Source of the DNA: Candidatus Latescibacterota bacterium
Lineage (GTDB): Bacteria > Latescibacterota > CBDEFO01
DNA: 64,000 nucleotides
Direction of reading: 5' to 3'
NCBI GenBank assembly: GCA_965248755.1
Contig: OZ252149.1
Coordinates: 1,344,001 to 1,408,000 of the forward strand
Shown: piece after piece, positions 58,547-64,000 of the stretch
How positions within the stretch are numbered: the stretch's first letter is position 1
How the letters are laid out: each line of letters begins with the position of its first letter
The notes under the pieces: model-generated
The model's database searches: none
The model's input: only the letters and a program-made list of their open reading frames with translations
What the model was told of the DNA's origin: nothing
Position numbers and translations under genes: made by a program

Positions 58547-60922
58547 CTACGCGTTCTCCGGCCGCGTCGCAGCGAAAATATCTTCACCATCGGTATTCTC
58601 TCCAGCCGAGAAGGTCATTGAAATCCCCACGCTGGAATCTCTGCCCGCTTCTATTACCCTACCGACAAACCCATCCGGGCCACAGAGCGTGCTTAAGTCC
58701 TGTCCGGCCATCGCTGCCGGCATCGCCCACAAGAGCATATTTTGATTGTAATCGGTTCCGAACGTCCGTTCGCCCGTGTCACAGCGAATAAGGTTAGGTA
58801 GATCCCATGGATGCGGATGTCTTATCACATTGTTGTAGAGGCACTTGCGTACGATCTCGAGCCCGGTTTCGCGATCCCCCTTGTAGATGTAGGTCATTCC
58901 CACAAGGTAGGTTTGCGGGGGAAAGATTCCGTAGCTGGTCAACTGGGGTGTCCCATCGGCGTCGGCAAAACCGACGGCGCCGCCAATCTCGACCAGACAG
59001 GTTCGCTTGATGGTTGTCAGCCCCTGTTCCACCCGCTCGGCACGAAATACGCCAGGCAGACCGTGGAGGTGGTTCGCCCACTCGCCGTCAAATTGGCTTG
59101 CCATAATCTCATCAGAGATCTTTCCCCGCTCCGGATCGCTATAGCGAAGATAGGACAGGGTCTTATCATTCCACAGATTCTCTTCCAGCGCTCTACTCCC
59201 CTGATCGAACCACTGTTGGCACTGATCGGCAAACTTCCTGTCTTTCATCTTCTCCGCCATGCGCTGAGCTATCTTCAGATTCGACAGACGCAGGCCGGCC
59301 ACGTGAGCACACATGCCATACCAGTCCATATGCTCGTACCAGTGCTTTGGGGTTCCGCTGAACTTTCCGCCGGCCGGATCGAACGTGACGCTGATGACGC
59401 CCTCCGGCCCGGGAACCTGGTTCATCGTCCAGGTGGTGCTCTTTTTCACGGCAGCGTAGAACTCGGAAACAACGGTGTCATCCGCCGTGCATTGCCAGAG
59501 CCGATCCACCATATCCACAAAACAGACGCCGTTGAGCGGGGCCTGATACTCATAGAGAGAAAATCGAGGTATCAGCTCCATTCCAACGCCAAGTGCGAAG
59601 GGAGGAGCCCCGTCCTCCCGCATAAACTCTGTAAAGCCCTTTAGGGTTGACCTGGACAGTTCGGGGAAGAAGTAATTGAGGGGCAGGTTGCCATACCAAC
59701 TGCAGGGAATACACTCGATGTTGGCACACGAACGAGGGCTCTCGTATTGTCCATAGACACCGCCTGGGAATCTTGAATCGCCCAGGGGAGGCTGGGGCAG
59801 CGCCCAGATACTGGTCTCGGTCATCAGGCAGAGGTGGTTGATCAGGGAGTCGCTCAGCCAGCCGGGAATCTCCCGCTCGCCGTAGATCGCGCCTTGCCAG
59901 GCAAGGATCCTCTTGAGAAGCAGAGCATGCCCCGCTGCCAGGCGTCGGGCAACGTCCAGGCTGTTACGATACCGAATGGTGTACATTTGCCGGTAGCAGT
60001 TGCCCTTTTCGCCCTGCCATTGGGGAGCATACCAGGCAAGCACAACGCGAGCGGTTCTTGCTTCATCCGGTTGCAGATCGAAGTCAATCGCAAGAGATGC
60101 GCCCGGATCGTCGGCTGGCGCCGCAGGCTGTTGGGACGAAATCTTAGTCCAGGCAGCCCCGTCCGCGCCGAGACTCCCTCCCAGACGCGGGGCCTCCTCT
60201 CCGATCACACCCAGCACGTAACCTACATCTCCCTCACCGGTCACCTGCACTCCACGCACTCCTTCCACCACATCTTCCCGCCGAAACCGCTTTGTGCCCG
60301 CCTCCACTTCGGTTGGCCCAGAGAAGTCGAAGGCAACCGTTCCCTGACAGCGCGTTCCCGACGTGTTGCGCAAGTGAATCTCGAAGATGGCGCCGGGTAT
60401 ACTGGAGGCGGCCAGGTCACCCGGGATAAAAGGCGCCCATGCGCGTAGGCCCACACTCACCGGAGCATCCGTCTCGTATTCCAGATCGGCCACCGGATAG
60501 TGACCCCAGTAATGGATCTCTCGGGCGCACTTTACGCCTTCTATCGGAGATGTCTGCACTGTCCAGTCTTCATCAACCACCTTGTTGGCAGCGCGCGGTC
60601 GCGTACACGCCTGCAAGGCGCCACCCCTTATTACCTTCTCCGTCGCAAGGACCCAGACCTCCTCACCCACGGACAGACCCAACAGGGGCGAAAAGCGGGG
60701 TTTCTGACGCGGGACAAACGAGTTGAATATCGTGTTAAACCCTATGACACCTGATCCGTCAATGTCGAGACACCCCGTACCTATTCCGCCCACCGGCACC
60801 CCGCAACAGGGTGGCCGCTGGTTTCGATAGATCACTCCGCAGACCGGCTCGGAGAACCCCAGAGCGGAGAATTCCGTCCACTCCAGTTCGGTAAGATCAG
60901 TGGGGAACAATTTCTGGAACAT
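58547..60922 (-). CDS. GH116-like glycoside hydrolase
   Basis: GVPVGGIGTG, GHYPVA, PFIPGD...SS.P, LWN..Y, Q..GEW. Confidence 0.78.
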   Translation of the reverse strand: MFQKLFPTDLTELEWTEFSALGFSEPVCGVIYRNQRPPCCGVPVGGIGTGCLDIDGSGVIGFNTIFNSFVPRQKPRFSPLLGLSVGEEVWVLATEKVIRGGALQACTRPRAANKVVDEDWTVQTSPIEGVKCAREIHYWGHYPVADLEYETDAPVSVGLRAWAPFIPGDLAASSIPGAIFEIHLRNTSGTRCQGTVAFDFSGPTEVEAGTKRFRREDVVEGVRGVQVTGEGDVGYVLGVIGEEAPRLGGSLGADGAAWTKISSQQPAAPADDPGASLAIDFDLQPDEARTARVVLAWYAPQWQGEKGNCYRQMYTIRYRNSLDVARRLAAGHALLLKRILAWQGAIYGEREIPGWLSDSLINHLCLMTETSIWALPQPPLGDSRFPGGVYGQYESPRSCANIECIPCSWYGNLPLNYFFPELSRSTLKGFTEFMREDGAPPFALGVGMELIPRFSLYEYQAPLNGVCFVDMVDRLWQCTADDTVVSEFYAAVKKSTTWTMNQVPGPEGVISVTFDPAGGKFSGTPKHWYEHMDWYGMCAHVAGLRLSNLKIAQRMAEKMKDRKFADQCQQWFDQGSRALEENLWNDKTLSYLRYSDPERGKISDEIMASQFDGEWANHLHGLPGVFRAERVEQGLTTIKRTCLVEIGGAVGFADADGTPQLTSYGIFPPQTYLVGMTYIYKGDRETGLEIVRKCLYNNVIRHPHPWDLPNLIRCDTGERTFGTDYNQNMLLWAMPAAMAGQDLSTLCGPDGFVGRVIEAGRDSSVGISMTFSAGENTDGEDIFAATRPENA

Positions 60923-61004
60923 CCTGAACTCCCTTCGGTATCTTAAATCAGAGACAGCAATAATTAAAATTTGGCAGCTTGTGCTACCAACACCGAAAAA
61001 GAAC

Positions 61005-61041
61005 TGTTAACGATTTTAACACATTTTCGCCTTCATGTCAA
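61005..61041 (-). promoter_or_regulatory. Sigma70 promoter with palindromic operator upstream of the GH116 gene
   Basis: TTGACA-17 bp-TAAAAT; TGTTAA-CGATT-TTAACA palindrome over the -10. Confidence 0.7.
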
Positions 61042-61292
61042 AGCGATATTCTCCAAGTTCTCTTTTTTCGATCTTTCGGAAATCTGGGCAAATCCCACCG
61101 TACACCTCATGTGTTATTCTTAAACTAATCATCCTCGGCTAAATTTGATCGCTTGAATTTTACCTTACATCTTATTTCTTCATTTTGAATCAACCAGTTT
61201 CTTCGTTTCTGATTCTAAACCGCATATCTCCCCGTCACATTGGCGGAAGTATGCATCTTCTCGTTGAAACCACAAACAACAGTAGCTTTTAG

Positions 61293-62808
61293 AAGCCTTG
61301 TGAAATAGTTATCTTGTAGGTAGCGTCTGAAACGTCTATTATGGGTCAAACAGTAGCATATCGTATCGTTTTGCTATGGAATAAGCAAAATAGTCTCATC
61401 AGAGTTCTGGTCAGCAAGGAATAGAAGCTGTTTGAAGAACAGGATGCACTGTCTTTGACAGACAGGGCACATATAGACGCTTTTCTCCTTCTTATGAAGT
61501 ATACAAGCCTCTTGAGATTCTGCACTGTTGCAACAAGATTTAACTGTTCATTCAGTGAGGCCAATCCCCTGTAACGGGCTCGGCCCATACCGTGCTGTTG
61601 TTTGGCTTCAGCAAAGATATGTTCACTGCGTTTGCGGAGCTTCTGGGAGAGTCTGTAGTCAGATGTCAATGAGATAGATCGTGCATAATTCCTGGCCTTT
61701 GCCTCTCGCACTTTCTTATCTCGCTTGGCCTGAATATGTGCGAAATTTGTCTTGTTTTTCCAAGTAGGAATTGGCTCAATCTCTTCACCTGATCGCAGAG
61801 GAATGTGGGGTGTGATTCCCCAGTCAAGTATATCAGCGATAAAACCACCAGAACCGTAACCGGTATCGGCAGTAAGTGTCTGAATGCCTTCGGGCATAGT
61901 GTATACTTCAAGATCATCAACCATCTTAAGGGCACTTTCAGCCTCGGCTGTCGCCTGTGTGCCCTGTGTCTCAAGGATTACTCTACTTTTTGTGTCGATG
62001 AGATCATGACCCATAAACGAAAGAGAAGCCCCCGTGCCTTTTGACTTTTTGTATAAGAGAGCATCGGGGTCTGTAGTCGAACGGTGCGTCTGGTTCGTCC
62101 ACTTTTCACCATGAAAGTCCTTATCGTGAGAATGCCCAGACCTATCTTCGGCCTGTACCTTATCACCTTCAAAACCCATTTCCTTTAGGTAGTCATCAAG
62201 AGAAACAGGAGGCTCTATCGGCTCAATACTCTTCACCGAAGCATTCGCTCGTATCTGAGTGCCATCAACACTTAAGTGTTTACCGCTCACAAGACCGACA
62301 TCTATACAGCGCTGGACTACCTGACGCATTATCTGTTCAAACAATCCACTAGATGCCCACTTGTGATTGCGAAGCTTGTTGATCGTGCTTCTGTCTGGAA
62401 CCTCATCCTCAAATGTCTGATGACAAAACAACCTATATGCCGCATGCATCGCCACTTCCTGACAAAGCCGATTCTCACTCAAATTATACAAATAGCCGAT
62501 AAGGATCATTCGAATAACTAATTCAGGATCAATACCGGGTCTGCCATTATCAGAGCAATAACAATCTGACACAACGTCTCATACAAATGAAAAATCAACC
62601 GCTTTATCAATTTGACGGAGAATATGGTCTTGGGGAACTAAATCCTCCATCTGAAAATAGTGAAATATCAGATTTGTCTGTTCCTTCTTTTGTGGCGTCA
62701 TTATTTCCTCCATGTATAATATTATCAATGATATAATATAATACATGGAGATTTCTCCGTCAATGTGTTTATACTATTTGTTCGATTTAAGGGTTTTTCA
62801 CAAGGCTT
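61293..62808 (-). mobile_element. IS1182-family insertion sequence
   Basis: TIRs AAGCCTTGTGAAA / TTTCACAAGGCTT enclosing a DDE transposase gene. Confidence 0.85.
61346..62701 (-). pseudogene. IS1182 transposase with nonsense TGA at codon 41
   Basis: EDLVPQDHILR.ID..VDFSFV*D, GRPGIDP, VPDRST, VDGTQI.ANAS, STTDPDA, ADTGY. Confidence 0.82.
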
Positions 62809-62908
62809 ATAAAGGTCAAGGTGTTCTGTACCCTTTGTGCAGCCGACACTTACATCACAGAAGATGCTTCGGTAGTGTTCGCCTGAAAATATGGAAACCA
62901 CACATTTG

Positions 62909-63622
62909 CTAATAGAACAGAAAGTTGAGGGCGGATATCAGGATAAACGCCATTATCGAAAATCTGAATGTCCGTTCGTTCAATCTTCCCACTATAAACT
63001 TTCCTAACATGACTCCCAATGCGCCTGCAAAAGCCGCTATTGTGCCGATGATTAAAACCTTCTCATCGTAGAGTCCAATTTGAGAGTATATAAATATCTT
63101 CGGAATCATCATAGATAACGCAATCGCTCCGAGTGTTCCTACTAAAGATTCTTTCGTGAGTCCGTACGCCAAAAGGAAAGGTGCCGTAATCGGTCCAAAC
63201 GTGTGCATAATCCCCGAGATGTATCCCGCAGGAAGAGCCGCAAGCGTAAGTCCGCCAGCACCCACTCTAAAATCCCTTCCCATTTTCATCGTTTGAGACG
63301 CAACGTATAAGACCAACAGAGAGCCGACTATCCTTTTCAGAACTTCTGAGGGTAGATATGCCAGGGAATAAGCCCCCACTATGCTCCCGAAAATGCTCCC
63401 TGTCAAGGAGACCCCTAACGCCTTCAAATGCAAATCTTTGCGAAATGCATACGTCCTTACGGCGTTGGTGAATACTAAGGCGATAGCTACCACGGCCACG
63501 GCCTGCTTTAAGTCCATAAAAGCAGCTACGATAGGCAGCAAAATTATGGCATCTCCAATTCCGATGGTGGCGCCGACGCCGGAAGCTAAGAAACTGCCTA
63601 TGGAGATTATGGCGATTTCCAA
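62909..63622 (-). CDS. Sulfite exporter TauE/SafE family protein
   Basis: G.G.AIILLP, AG.ISG...GP, GL.KE; multi-TM. Confidence 0.8.
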   Translation of the reverse strand: MEIAIISIGSFLASGVGATIGIGDAIILLPIVAAFMDLKQAVAVVAIALVFTNAVRTYAFRKDLHLKALGVSLTGSIFGSIVGAYSLAYLPSEVLKRIVGSLLVLYVASQTMKMGRDFRVGAGGLTLAALPAGYISGIMHTFGPITAPFLLAYGLTKESLVGTLGAIALSMMIPKIFIYSQIGLYDEKVLIIGTIAAFAGALGVMLGKFIVGRLNERTFRFSIMAFILISALNFLFY

Positions 63623-63632
63623 AGAGTCCCTT

Positions 63633-64000
63633 TCATGTTTGCTCGATACTTTCTAATTCCCGATCAGATACAAACGTGTTACGATTGAGAAGAAGTACGA
63701 TAGCCCCAAGTGCAACGGCGAACCACAGGGTGCATATTCTGATTATTAGGGTGGATGCAGCGGCGATGTGTCTGGGGAGGCTCAAAAGCACAATAAGCAG
63801 ACACGCCATGCTACCTTCAGTCGTTCCTATGCCGCCGGGGAGCATGGTGATCGCGCCGATGAGGGTGGAGAAAGCGTAAATGAAGAAAGTACCAAGAGTT
63901 GACGGCAGAACATCGAAGGCTATAAGTGTAAGATAGAGGCCGAAGCATTCGCAGGACCAGGCTGCTACGCTCAGAACTATGGGCCAGAGCAGATTTCGGA
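63633..64000 (-). CDS. Lysylphosphatidylglycerol synthase TM-domain / flippase-like protein (3' part)
   Basis: LPGGIGTTEGSM, ASTLIIRICTLWFAV; runs off the window edge. Confidence 0.75.
   Translation of the reverse strand, partial: RNLLWPIVLSVAAWSCECFGLYLTLIAFDVLPSTLGTFFIYAFSTLIGAITMLPGGIGTTEGSMACLLIVLLSLPRHIAAASTLIIRICTLWFAVALGAIVLLLNRNTFVSDRELESIEQT

Noticed and set aside
62579..62581. In-frame TGA in the IS1182 transposase as selenocysteine
   Set aside because: The position is not a Cys/redox site; a CGA-to-TGA nonsense change is the simpler explanation.

Overview
Bacterial chromosomal window, probably from a diderm environmental lineage. The gene content (TPR/OM-barrel/ExbBD/TonB cluster, many BNR, PhyH, DUF6785 and Gfo paralogs) resembles FCB-group candidate phyla such as Latescibacterota; this is inference only. 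The first ~38 kb is mostly housekeeping: clpP, Crp-type and sigma-54 regulators, thiD-thiN, moaA, rpe, aspS, thiT, trxA and a Ton system. From ~39 kb on is an eroding catabolic island with tandem duplications, gene fragments and IS remnants. Main observations not in the ORF track: (1) a DUF3179-like gene split by an in-frame TGA at the family Cys position with a SECIS-like hairpin (candidate selenoprotein); (2) a two-cassette integron array with attC sites and an attI-like site but no integrase; (3) four copies of a ~229-bp MITE with TTAG/CTAA target duplications carrying a REP doublet; (4) a dispersed 21-bp palindrome that brackets two paralogs; (5) a TonB gene that apparently needs a CTG start; (6) a MerR pseudogene with an intact operator; (7) a 16-bp Tn5/Nextera mosaic-end match that may be an assembly artefact. 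No rRNA, tRNA or CRISPR array was recognised. All family calls come from motif recognition by eye, not from database searches.
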